Shown here in pieces: positions 29,566-42,700 of a DNA stretch of 64,000 bases. Position 1 is the first letter of the stretch. Each line of letters opens with the position of its first letter. The DNA comes from Antedon mediterranea (lineage: Eukaryota > Animalia > Echinodermata): assembly GCF_964355755.1 (NCBI RefSeq), contig NC_092671.1, positions 15,004,001-15,068,000 of the forward strand, in the 5' to 3' direction. The notes below the pieces were generated by a model. That model worked only from the letters and a program-made list of their open reading frames with translations, did not search any database and was not told where the DNA came from. The translations under genes were made by a program, and so were the position numbers.

Positions 29566-30097
29566 AGATGTATTGTCCCTTTGTCAAATTAAAAAAAAAA
29601 AAAAAAAAAAATTCGAAAAAAAGTGGGTCATTTTGAAGTATCATAAAAGTTATTAATTTTCACCAAAAATGAGTCGAAAAAAAAAATCATTTAACTGAAA
29701 TACAGACGTTTTTTGGTTCAAAAATTAACTTTGACTTCCAGTCAAAGTTTTCTATCAAAACATATCTCATAGTGCAACGCGCTTGTTTGGCTACTATGTA
29801 TGCATAATCATAAAACTTCCTCACGATCTGTGTGAGAACACCTTCTCATCCGTGACGAGTTGTAAACAATCCTAATTAGCATCATGCATAATGTATACTC
29901 ATGGTTTGAAATCTTTGTTTACTTTCGCTTGGGACGATTATCCAGACGAAATGTAATCAAATTAATTTAGCTGTTAATTACGTAAAATTGTTGTTTTCGA
30001 CTTAAGGTGAATAACTTTAATATTACTTTGATATGGCCAATTTAAATTTAGAGTATTTTGACCTTCATTTTTTTGTTTTTTAAGGGACAATACATCT
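29566..30097. mobile_element. Kolobok-like MITE nested in the left TIR of the Academ-like element
   Basis: TTAA|AGATGTATTGTCCCTT...AAGGGACAATACATCT|TTAA. Removing it restores colinearity with the right TIR (about 33365-33415). Confidence 0.8.
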
Positions 30098-30288
30098 TTA
30101 ATCACCTTATGAAAAAAAAATCCGTTTGTGATTAAGGGTCAAATGTCAATATTGACCAATCATAGAACGTACCTATAGTCCGGCAGCCAAGGCGTTTAAC
30201 CTTGCAATGTTTTCTATAGTTTTTTTTTTATGGATTTTGATTCTCGATACCATCAGAATAAAGATTTTTTTACTGGACGGCTGTCAGC

Positions 30289-30532
30289 ATTAAGCAATTT
30301 GCATAATTAGCATAAACAAAATGGCCGCTATTTTTTTTATATAACATGCTATATCGCTGGAAATACTGGACGTAATGAGATAATTTTGGTGTCAAATTGT
30401 TCACAATGTATTAAGCAATTTGCATAATTAGCATAAACAAAATGGCCGCTATTTTTTTTATATAACATGCTATATCTCTGGAAATACTGGACGTAATGAG
30501 ATAATTTTGGTGACAAATTGTTCACAATGTAT
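30289..30532. repeat. 121-bp tandem duplication
   Basis: ATTAAGCAATTTGCATAATTAGCATAAACAAAATGGCCGC... starts at 30289 and again at 30410; the two copies are near-identical. Confidence 0.9.
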
Positions 30533-31189
30533 ATATTTATATTAGCTCTAACATAACTTTCTTTGTAAAATTGACCGGAAACCCCATTTTTAGCAATTTT
30601 GACCTTTGACCTCTATTTGCTATATCTAAGTAACTGCAGGTCGGAGAGAATTAAAAATAGGAGCACATTGTTCCCAAGATATACATTTATATTCAGTGTA
30701 ACAGATGATATTGCTTGAAAATGACCGGAAGTGTGGTTATTGACCTTTGACATAATTGAATAAGGTTATAATAACATAAATTAATAAATATTTGTCTTTG
30801 GGAGCCAATTTTTGTGTCAAATTATTCACAATATATATGTTTATACTTGCCATAAAGCAACATTTTTTTCAAAAAGTGACTGAAACACCTATTTTTCTGT
30901 AATTTTAACCTTTGACCTGTTTTTCTCATCTAAATAACAACATGGCATAGAGATTTCTAACGTTTATAATAGATATTTTTATTCAATCTAATAGATTAAC
31001 TGTTTGAAAAATACAAGTGTGATTGTTGCTTTGAAATCCTGTACATAAGAGCCTATCGGGGCGGATTTAATTCAAAGACGTGTGGAATCGGAAGGGGAAT
31101 ACTACTACTACTACTATACAGTACAATGTCTTTGAGATATGTCATTCAGGTATCCATGTATCTCTAATTTAATGGAATGTACGGCTCAT

Positions 31190-32275
31190 AGAGAATCCAG
31201 AAGTTACCCTTGGTTCATTTTGGCAAATCCATATGGGTTCCTTTTAAAAGGATTGAGGGTGCACAGAGACAGGCTTTTCCCATGGCTTAATCTTGGAACC
31301 CACAGTTTTAGTTACCCGATATATTTCTAACAAAGTAACTTAAATGTAGCCAAATGCATTGATCCGATGCAGGAACCAGTAGAACCACAGAAGGGTCTAA
31401 ATAGATGACCTGTTGTTTCATTTTAGGCAAGATCCATATGGGTTCCTTAAGGATCGAGAGTGCACAGGCAGCTTTATTCCATGTGCCTGTCTATATAAAC
31501 CCACATTGTCACCCCTTATATTTCCATTATGGGGCTTAATGTCCATGGAGGACCGGCCCTTGGGGGTTATTTTGGGCAAATCCATAAGTGTTCCTTAAGA
31601 ATCGAGAGTGCACAGGCAGCTTTATTCCATGGGCCCTTCCTGTCTATATATGAACCCACAGTGTCACCCATTATATTTCCATTATGGGGCTTAATGTCCA
31701 TCCATGGAGGACCGGGCCTTGGCTTAATTTGGAAAAATCCATAAATTTTCCTTAAGGATCGAGAGTTTACAGGCAGCTTTATTCCATGACCCGCGCCTGT
31801 CTATATGAACTCACAGTGTCACCCCTTATATTTCCATTATGGGGCTTAATGTCCATCCATGGAGGATGACCGGCCCTTTGGTTAATTTGAGCAAATCCAT
31901 AGATGTTCCTTATGCATGATCGAGAGTGCACAGGGATATTTATTATATCTCTATGATTCCACATACAGTATTTCCAATAATATAGGGTCTCTTGTAGCCT
32001 CACATAGAGAACCACAAAAGGTCCTTGAAGGTCGGCCCTTGGGTTCATTTGGGCAAATCCATAAATGTTATTTAAAGATTGAGGGTGCACATTTAGTTTT
32101 ATTCTATAGTTCATCTATGAACTATTTACCCCATATTAATTTATAATACACGGCCTTATGTAGCACACCACCAGGGAAGGGGTAAGTATATATAGAGTTT
32201 CCAAAAGGGTCCTGGGTTTATTCGGACAAATCCATATTGGTTATTTTAGAATCCTTTGTGTACAGGCAACTTTTT
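31190..32275. repeat. Degenerate tandem repeat of about 150-157 bp inside the TIR element
   Basis: Recurrent GCAAATCCAT..TTCCTTAAGGATCGAGAGTGCACAGGCAGCTTTATTCCATG and TTTCCATTATGGGGCTTAATGTCCAT blocks; the best copies start near 31427, 31577, 31735 and 31891. Confidence 0.8.
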
Positions 32276-35200
32276 CCTGTATGGGCCAAACTATCTGTGG
32301 CTATATAAAAATTGTGGTCTGTCTGTGTAGTGAGTTGTGGATTGAGTTTGGCCACCTGGATCTGCCTATGCCCATCCTGTGGACGAATTGGTATTCTTTG
32401 GTTCTGATGAATAGTACTTTATTTTCCAAAAACGAATATTGTAGCCCTAATAAATGCAACTGTGTAGTGGCAAATCATTGAAGGTCAGCGTAACAATTTT
32501 TAAACAATATTATGATGATAAAACATCATAATATTTTAACCGTCATAATATTAATTTTATTATTTATTTTACAGTATTATAATACATTAAAAATAATGCG
32601 CACTAGAAAAAATACCATAACTTCACTGATCAAATAACGATCGATCTCATAGTTTGAATAACTTTGCATTATTTAGTATTATCACTTGTTCAAATGTTGA
32701 CCTTTGACCTATGTCAACTGGTGTAATGATGAATGTGCTCCGTTGATTGTGTATGATTGATGTCTTAACAGAATGATAAACATAACATTTTGTCTTAAAT
32801 TTTAGTTTTTATTTGGTTTTTTATGCAAATTTTGCGATTGGTCAATATTGACATTTGACCTTTAATTGCAAAGTATTTGTTTTATAAGGCGACTGAATAG
32901 ATATCTATAACCATACAAATGTATTAAACGACCAAATTGAACTTCAATAATTTGGTTATAATACATATGTATATAATACATTGTTATAATTGGTCAATTT
33001 TGAACTTTGACCCCCTATCTCTTCCTATTCGCTTCCTATCATGATCGAAGTCTGATTTGAGTAAATACAGTATTATAATTATATTAATCAAAATTATAAT
33101 GAAATAACATATCTTTACTGATCAAATAATTTGATTAGGATACTTGTAAAACCATCAATATCATAGTTTGGACTACTTTGCATTTATTTGTTAACTAATA
33201 CGCGTATTAAAATGTTGACCTTTGACCTTATGTCAACTGATGAAATTGACCTTATGTCAACTGATGAAATGATGTATTCACTCTTTTACATTGCGTATGA
33301 TTAACAGGATGAGAAAACATCCAATTTTTATTAAATATTATTTTTTATTTGGTTTTATAGTATAATCACAAAGGGATTTTTTTTTCATAAGGTGATTGAA
33401 TAGACACTTATAATCATAAAAATGTAATAAAAGACCAAATTGTGCTTCAATAAATTATATTGTTGTAATTGGTCAATTTTGAACTTTGACCCCTTATATC
33501 TCGAAAACGCTTCCTATCCTGATGATCGATTACCTTCCATATTCGTAATCTACGGAAAATTCTGGTCTAGAAAAGTTGGATGACAATTTGTCCCCTTTCG
33601 GGTGGTGATTCCCCCCTCCTGCCACCGGATTATTGCCGATGTTTGTAAGATGCACTATTGATGTGACGTGCCACCGATAAAATAAATAAATAATTACTTA
33701 ATGTATTAGGCGTTCCATAACGTTCAAATGAAGTTAGTTAAAATATTTTGAAAACTCCGACAAAGCATCAAAAGCGGGACCTTCCCGCCGAGATTTGAAC
33801 CGTTGGAACCTATGTACTACTGGCCATTAGTTTATATTAGGACATTCCAAAATCAATATTTGAAAAAAAAAAAAATTGAAAAAAAAAATGTTTTGAGAAT
33901 ATCAGTTTATAGATTGATGTCCTGATTTCTAGTCTAAATCTCTGTAGAATAATAAAATATACAATTGGGTTTTACTATTTTATTAATTCATTTATGTGAT
34001 AATTATTGCAGAATACTGTATAGTAGGCCTACTTATATCCAATACGTAGATGTATTGTCCTCCAAAAACATGAACAATGAAGACTAATAAAAACAAATAG
34101 GTAATCAATTCCAAAAAAAAAAATGTTTTCACGGTTAAATTTAACCAATTAATTTTTACTTTAAATTACAGTTTTTTTCAGGTAAATAATTTTGTTACGA
34201 TCCAATTTTTTTTTCAGGGGACAAAACCTGATTTTGTTTCCTCATCAGAAAACGATGTAAGCAAGAGAGGGCGATATTCAGATGACAAAATTGTTATTAT
34301 GGGATATTCTAGCAATTTCATGTACGCCATTTTGAAATATGGACGTTAATGTTTCCCGCCTTACCTCTGTAAATTAATTGAAACTAGCAACTTTTAAGTA
34401 ACTTTTAGGACGGTCTCGTGAGCATAAATACAAGAAGGGTATTTTAAGATTTGGGAGAGATTAACTTTATTATGTAATAGCAGTCGAGTAATTGGTAATC
34501 GACATTTAAAAGCTGAACTATCAACCTCGTTTGAGGGGTGTGATTTGAATAACGTTGGTAGACCCACACGGAAAACGCAAACATTCTAACTGTTGTTTTT
34601 GTACATCTGGAAACACAATCTAAACTCGATTTTACCCATTGTAAGTGATGATTGTTAATATGTGTTGTATGTGTTATCCTGTCCAAATAAATGGTGTAGG
34701 CATGGGTATAATAATAAGCTAGAGAGAGAGTAGGTACATAATAGGTAGACTAGCAAGAAGGGCTATAATTATTTTTCCGAGAATGTCAATTTATTATAGG
34801 CTAGGCCTAGCCTAAAGGGAAAGAGGAGAGCGCGTGCCGTGTGTAGCCTTTTAGAGGAGGCAGCGCATATAATATAAGCCTAGCTAGTAAGTAGGATCTA
34901 TGCATACCTCCTAGGCCTAGCTAGTAGCAGGGTTACCTGCTTGGTTGGTTAGCCTGCTGCAGCAGTACAGTAGTGTGGAAGGCAAGTAGCCTAGCTAGCT
35001 AGGCCGGGCCTAGCTAGATACTCTAGGCTAGCCTGGTTAGGTATAGGTAGGCTGTATGTGTAGTGAGTAATTAGATTAGTAGTATAAGTAGGCCTAGGTA
35101 GTAGTAGGAAAGGGACTACAGTAGAAGAAACAAATAGAAGGTTTACATTTACAACAATCAATTGTACTATTAGTTTGGGTAATGTCTGTATCATTTGCAT

Positions 35201-36723
35201 TTCAGAATGGATAAACTTTTAAAATTTTGGTTGTGATAATGATAAACAACTTTTATTTTGTATGGACCGCTGCTACTAGTTAAAGAATGTATTTACCTGT
35301 ACTAATAATACTTCAACATGTCAAATATAAGAAGATGAACGATTTTATTTGTCACTGGTTACTTTGTATGTGCTGTGCCTTCCTACTGTAGGCTATGTTA
35401 GCTGCTGTAGGTAGGCCAGAATTTGCCTAGGACTAAGTAGGAAAACCACTATTTCTATTATCTTGCTTTTTATTTTGTGAATTACCTTTTGAATATGGTG
35501 AATGATGGTGAACTTCAATGTTTATATGCTCGACTTTATGATCCTTTCCTTCTAACCTATAGTAACAAGCTCTAAACTACAGTATGTGATGGTACGGGTA
35601 TATAATGCTAATAGTATATAATGCTAATAGTATATAATGTTAATAGTATGACATTCTGAATACATTACATGTACACAATTGAATGGTTATTGTTGCACCA
35701 AATATAGATTACTGTAACAGATGTACTGTACATACATACTTTAGTATGGTAAGGTACAGTTTGTTCCTAAGTAGTACTGTATGAATTACATGGTCATGAA
35801 AAGGAAGGGGATGCAGTGTGCATCAGGAGTTTGTCTCACAACCAATAAGGAATCAACAATTGTTGCATGATCCGCTGGACTGAAAAATAGCTGTATCTCA
35901 TTAGAATAGATAGAATTACCATGAGGGTACTACTATACAGGACATGAAAGATATGAGTTACTGACATAGTGTTTAATGTAACTTTATGCTAACAACAAAC
36001 TTTCACAGCAGAATGTACAGTATTAGTTCCCTGTACAGTAATTGATGTAACCTTTGAACTCCTCACTTAGTAAAGTAATATTATCCTGATCATATAGAAG
36101 TTTATTGTGTATCTTAAACTGATTAATCGGTGTAAATTTTATTTTTATTAATACCTTATCTTTATAATGATATTTACTTACCTAATATTTGGCAACTTGT
36201 ACTATTGTTGTACTGTTATGCACTGTTACTGGCAGCATTTAGTAGTTCATACAGTAGTTCATAGATCAGGCCTGACAATCCATTTTTTAAATGTACATTT
36301 GCTGTTCTCTAGTCTTAGTTATAACTAAATTAATAGTGATCTAATAAAACTGTTAAGATGCATTTTATTTAAAAAAAAAATTATATTATTTTCTGTTGCT
36401 TTATACTTTTTATAAACGTACAGTATATTTCCAAACATATTGATATAGATCACAAGCATTAGTCATTGAAACTGTACTAGAGGAAAGAATATTGGATTTC
36501 AAATATGAAGGGGAAATCCCTTTACAGTAGACGATATTTATGTACATACAGTAACCATCCTCGGCCAACTCAACATCTTTAAAATGATTCAGACGTTGAG
36601 CATACAGTAGTTACACAAATCTCTACTGTAGATGATATTTAGCAAATAATTCCATTGGGTACTGTAAATGTGTTTTAATGATTAAGAATGTTTTCTTCAC
36701 AGCATGTTGTGATTGCAAAGGAC

Positions 36724-39700
36724 ATGTTTTGGAAATTTGAAGTACACAGTACATCCCATGTGGATACGCTATTGGAGAAAGAGGTTAGTGGAATAAATTT
36801 AAAGCTTTTACTGGTGGTGGCATCGTGCTACAGTCATTTTAATATTGAAAACCGAAAGATAATTGTTTGTGTCATGCAGAACATGTTTGTAAAGTCAAAA
36901 TAGTGTAAATAAAATACTACAAATAGCAATGGTTACTTTACAGTTAATGCAAGTATGCATACTGTACAGTGGGTATACTGACATTGTGTTATATAGTAAG
37001 CACAGTACCCCCTACATGGAGAGTGTTTAATTCATTAATAATGTATACAATACTGTACATAGTATAGTAGACAAACCCATAGTATAGTAGACAAACCCAT
37101 AGTATAGTAGACAAACCCATAGTATAGTAGACAAACCCATAGTATAGTAGACAAACCCATAGTATAGTAGACAAACCCATAGTATAGTAGACAAACCCAT
37201 AGTATAGTAGACAAACCCATAGTATAGTAGACAAACCCATAGTATAGTAGACAAACCCATAGTATAGTAGACAAACCCATAGTATAGTAGACAAACCCAT
37301 AGTATAGTAGACAAACCCATAGTATAGTAGACCAACCCATAGTATAGTAGACAAACCCATAATTAGCAATCATCAAAACTTGACCTCAAGATTTAGGGCC
37401 TACAGTAATAAATATATACTAGTAATGCTACATTTTCATTTTTCTTGGGCATAAATTATTATTTATAATCATGATTCCTTGACTGCTTTAATACTAACTG
37501 TACTGCAAATAACTTGACTTCCTATTCATGGATGAGTCACTATTATAAAACCCCTATGCAGGCTTTGCTGTTGACGTACATGTATTGTACAATGAATTTA
37601 TGTTATTGATTAATACTCAGGAAGACTTTGTCATAAAAGAAATTTAATGTACTGTATAAAATGGGAAAAAATGATTGCATAATAAAAATATTAATGTAAT
37701 ATTTGTAGTGTTATTTCACAATAATATGGTAATGATTATTAGCATTACTGTATACTGTACTGTACAGTAGTAAGTTTGTATTCTGAACAGCCTATTTAAA
37801 ATGTAATTATTATATTTAATGATATTTGCTGTGAATGATGTATTCCTTTTGACTTAAGTCCATTTTGTGTTTTGTTGACTAGGACTCAATTGGTGTGTTC
37901 CATTTTGGCCATGTTTTAAACTAAATGAATCATATATTATTTCCTATGTAGCATGTGACCTTAGCTGAACTACTAGATGAAGATGATGTTTTGCAAGAAT
38001 GTAAAGCACAGAATAGGAAGCTCATTGAATTGTAAGTGACCAGGATAGACATTATTCTATCCCCAAGAATAATTTCCATAAATAGAATTTATACTTTTTC
38101 AACATGTTATTGTTACAGTAGAGTGATAATAAAAAATTGATTCTCCATATGCAACACGATTTGAAACTACACCAAATGAACTGTTCAATGTATTAAGGTT
38201 TTATGCAAATTACTATACCATCATGAGTTATTTCATTTATTTATTTGACATCATGTCCTGTGACCCCAAAAGCAACAGAGGCACCATAACATGATATGTA
38301 TGGGGGGCCCCAGAAATTATGTTTTCCATTAAGATTCATGGTAGGATATGGTTACAGTACCCGTGGCCGTGGTTAATCTATAAGTCATTATAATGAACTG
38401 CAACAATTTGTTTAGTAAATTGCCTATTCTCCATGCATAGTACCACATGCTAGACAGACAAACTAAATTTTTTGTATACAGTGTGTACCCTATTAGTATT
38501 TGTGTGGTAAATCTGGTTAATGTGTATTATTGTCACTTTAAGCAAATATTAAATAAAATTTAAATCTTTTAGTCTTACAAGAACAGATATTATGCAGGAG
38601 ATGTTAACTATGGTTACAGAAGAACCAGAAGAAGATGTTGAAGAAAAGCTACGCTACAAACATCCAAATATGGCATGTGAGCTTTTATCATCTGATGTGT
38701 ATCAAATAGTAGATAAATTGGCAGATACAGAGGTGAGATTTTCCCAAACCATAACATTCATATTTTCTATCTTTGTTTTGTTTGTTATACAACATTCATC
38801 CCGAAATTAGCAAATTTGGTTTAGGCCCACCAAACCATGCAGCGGAGTCCAGCAGGGTAACTCATGACTCTTCCAAATGTGACTCTGTTCTCCAACCTTA
38901 TCCTAGAAGTTCCACCACCAGAACAATGGTCTAGGAAAGCCTTGAACCAGTTTCGATTTAATATCTTTATTTTGTGTTGCCCTGCCTTAACCCACTTGGC
39001 CATTGGACTCAATCATTGTTCAATCTTGGTCATTGTTGATATTGAAATTGCAACAATCTGCCAACCACACTAATGGGTTTATTGTCTTCATTCTACTAGA
39101 TAAGAGTGGATGTCCTAAGTGTTGAGTGTGTAATATGACATTTTATTTACAATTCATTTTCATCCATTGTTATCTGTCATTAACTCCTTGTAATATTAAC
39201 TAAGCAACTCTTTGATCTGTCAATATGATAATTGCTATTTCATGTTGCGTACTATTATTGACCCAGAAACTTATTAAACCTAGATTTCCTAATTACCTGA
39301 AAGATCCCATTTGTGTATGTATAATATGCATTGATCTTTCATCAAGGCAAACAACCTCTAGTGCACAATTAGACTTCAAGCCATTCTTATTCAAAACATG
39401 TATTTGGAACATAAAGAATCGATTATCAAATACAGAAATACGCAATTACTGTATGTTCTGTATAACTGATATAAATATATATATATTATTCTTTTGTAAA
39501 ATAAAAATGATTTAAAGTGTGCGTATAAAATTATTTTATTTCTATCACATGTTTTTTAGTCAATGAAACAAATTCATCCAAATGTTCTAGTTTGCAACAA
39601 AAAAATGTAGGTTATCCACAGTACAGTAGTATAATGCGATTTATTGAATAACACTTGAGTAACAGTATTTCATACTTGCAATAAGTACATGTTGTCTTAA

Positions 39701-42700
39701 TGCTAAGTTGGTAAAGGTACGCATGTATTTGCAGTAGGTGCTATAGCAAGTTTTACTCAATATTCAATTTGGAAACCATTGATGCTTGATTGTAATATAG
39801 ACGATTGGTGCATTGACTTGTTAGAGAGGAAGTGGGTAGTTTACTAGTAAGAGCTATGAGTCATCTGGCTGGTAACTACCCTAAGTAATCCACTACAACT
39901 TGTTAAAGCTTGCATTGCAAACAGTTAGTTTGAACTATTCTGGTTCTCTACTGACATTTAAAATTGTGAAATGTGTTCATTTTGATAATTATAATGCAAT
40001 TTTAAGAGGATTCTAAATGTGTAATAACTGTTAAAAGGATCCACAGTACACTATACAATGAATACTGTATAACATAAACATGACTATTTTAAACCCAACA
40101 CCAACTGACATATCAGGTGCTGTATATGGAGCTGGGGTCCCTTTAGGCATTTGAAATCAGCAATGCTGACTCTTTCTTATGGCAGCCCCTGCATCTAGTA
40201 TCTGCCTCAGATGTATTGGCCCATGCCTTTCTTCTGGTCAAGGTGGGCACTGGACGAGAGAAGCCCTTGATCAATGTTGGGACCAATCAAGGTGCTTTAA
40301 ACAGTCCTGGCTTTGTTTGTATCAAACCTGTTAGTGGCGGTAATTATCGCTGTTGGTTTCGATTGAATAAAATGAAAAAATTGAGGCCTGGGATAAAATT
40401 GTATTGACATATGTGCAGTTTCTTCATCCATTTCACACGTAATGTACTGTATGTGTCGTAAATGATATAGTGTTGTTCACTTAACAAATATGCTTATGAA
40501 AATGCATTTCAATTATTCAACTTCTTAGCTAAGCATAACAAGTTTTATACAGCATGTACTGGACATTCATTGCACTTGACTTATTTGATTATAACAAATT
40601 ACTTAATTTTATATTTATAATTTTATATTTTTCAGTCTCTGTCAAATCAACTGTGGAGTTTCCTTGACAAAGAATCACCCTTGAATCCACTTTTAGCAAG
40701 TTTCTTTAGCAAAGTTATCTCAATCCTAATTACAAGGCGGCCCGAGACGGTTGTGGAAAAAATTAAAAACAAGGAAAACTGTATTGGCGTTTTTCTGAAG
40801 CATTTTGGTACGTCTGCAATTATGGACCTTCTACTAAGGCTTGTCACTTGCATAGAAGTTCCAGAACTTAGGAATGACTTTTTAGAAGTAAGTGAACTAC
40901 TCTATTATCAATATTGTTTTACCATTTTTGGCACCCACTCTAGGAGTGCATTCAGGCTTATTTACCTGTGTAAATTGGTGACTTAATTTATCCATGAGGC
41001 CACCATAAAGCCATTGTTAAATGCATAAAGATACCAAAAATAAAACAATAATATTTAATTACCAGACATTTCTACAGTCTTCTTGATATATCTGTAATAC
41101 AAAAATGATTAATTATTTCCTGAGCATTTTTTCCTTGTTTCACTTACCATGGGCTAAAAATAAACTGTTTTATGAATATTGTAAATCTTAAAATCCTTTT
41201 GTATGGCATTGTTGGATTCTACCGGACTTAAAATAATCTTTGGTTTTATGGAATATGCCGTATTCAGAGCGAAAACATTGTTATTTTTTGTAATTTAGTT
41301 TCATCACTAATAATATGTAAACAAAAATAAATTATCTGAATGTTACCATGAATGTTAAATAGAGGTTTCAAATTGCAAGTGTTCTCAATGTACTTAGTAT
41401 AAAGTACAAAATTATGTCAGAGTAGGTCAAACAACTGATTGATTACTCAAATCTCTTATGCAAAGCTACTCCACAGTAGTTAAATACAATTATCATTATA
41501 CATATTTTTAAAATGTTGGCTTTGCCTTTTGTTGTACTGTGTTTTAAAAATGTTATGCTTTTCATTTAGTGGTTAACGAATCAGAAACTTATACAACGTC
41601 TGGTAGATCAAGTGGATCCAGAAGAAGATGATAATAAACACAGCAACGCATCACAAGCTATTGTCGATATCATTCGCCTTACAAGAGAACACATGTCCCA
41701 ATTACAGGAAAGCGCTGAGGTGGATCCTTTATTGAGTACAATAGAAAAGTAAGATTTTATAGGATATTTTAAAACTTCTAGAGAGTCAACTAAGCGAAAA
41801 TGAAGTTAACTGGGCAGGGACTCCACCTTAAAATGGCCATTTTATTTAATAAAATTAATCTATAATAATGTGAAGAACCACAAAAAATAAAAATAATTTT
41901 TTTATATTATATATACATTATATTGTAATTAATAACATGAATAATGTCTTGGTAAAAATCTTAAAGTATGTGTTTCTACAGCTATGTAGTTGTGTCCTGC
42001 GATGTGAAAACCCTATTCTCTCAGAGCCATCTTCTAACATTTTCAATGTTTGCGTTTTCAGGGAAGAAACTGTAGCAGAACTTCTTGAACATATGTTTCA
42101 TGAAAAGAAGTCAGAATCTGCTTTAACTAATGGTGTTACAATTTTATTGGCACTCTTGGAATTCAGAAAGTCAGGGTGAGTTATGAAATTCTGGAAGCTG
42201 AAATTACTCTTTACCTAAATGTGACTTTTCATTGAATCATTGAAAATAAATCTGAAATTCATCAATTTACAAATGACTAATTACAGTACATTTTGTAATA
42301 TTGGGACTTGCTGTGATCTCGTTATTATATAATTAATAATTATATAATTAATCTAATTTTAATTTACTTAAAATTATATACATTTTAGTTAATGTAAATA
42401 ATTTTCTTGAATAGTTTATAAAAAGTCCATATTTGTATTATTTTGCCCATTTTAAAATGATTACTAACAGTAGTAGGCCTTCTTATGTGGACTTTTACAG
42501 CCCGGATGGGCAAGAGCAAATGACGCAACTAGATGCGGAGCGACTGGCCAAAGGTATTAGCGGTGTCTTGAAGGGATTATTACCAAAGCTCTGCCAAATC
42601 CATGATATTTTAGTAGATCCACCAAAGGTAGGTGATAATCTTATTAATCCTCCTTAAAGGCCCTTTCGTGTCTGTTTAGTTTTCAGTTATATTTACAATT

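Larger units (their letters stand above)
29305..33632. mobile_element. Non-autonomous long-TIR DNA transposon, Academ-like
   Basis: Left end TAGTCCGGTGGCAGGAGGGGG..CACCACCCGAAAGGG is the reverse complement of right end CCCTTTCGGGTGGTG..CCCCCTCCTGCCACCGGATTA. Similarity extends over 250 bp, and TTG flanks both sides (3-bp TSD). No transposase ORF. The TAG terminus with a 3-bp TSD fits Academ; the superfamily call is inference. Confidence 0.75.

Noticed and set aside
34228-34256. Minus-strand CTGATGAGGAAAC resembling a hammerhead core
   Set aside because: There is no stem II between CUGAUGA and GAAA and no convincing stem III or cleavage site.
36989-37376. Three overlapping hydrophobic ORFs and a CRISPR-like periodicity
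   Set aside because: Produced by a 20-bp minisatellite with no unique spacers, in a eukaryotic intron with no cas genes.
38960-39005. tRNA A-box-like fragment (TGGCCAAGTGGGTTAAGGC on the minus strand); a similar fragment lies at about 33775-33830
   Set aside because: No complete cloverleaf; at best highly decayed SINE remnants.
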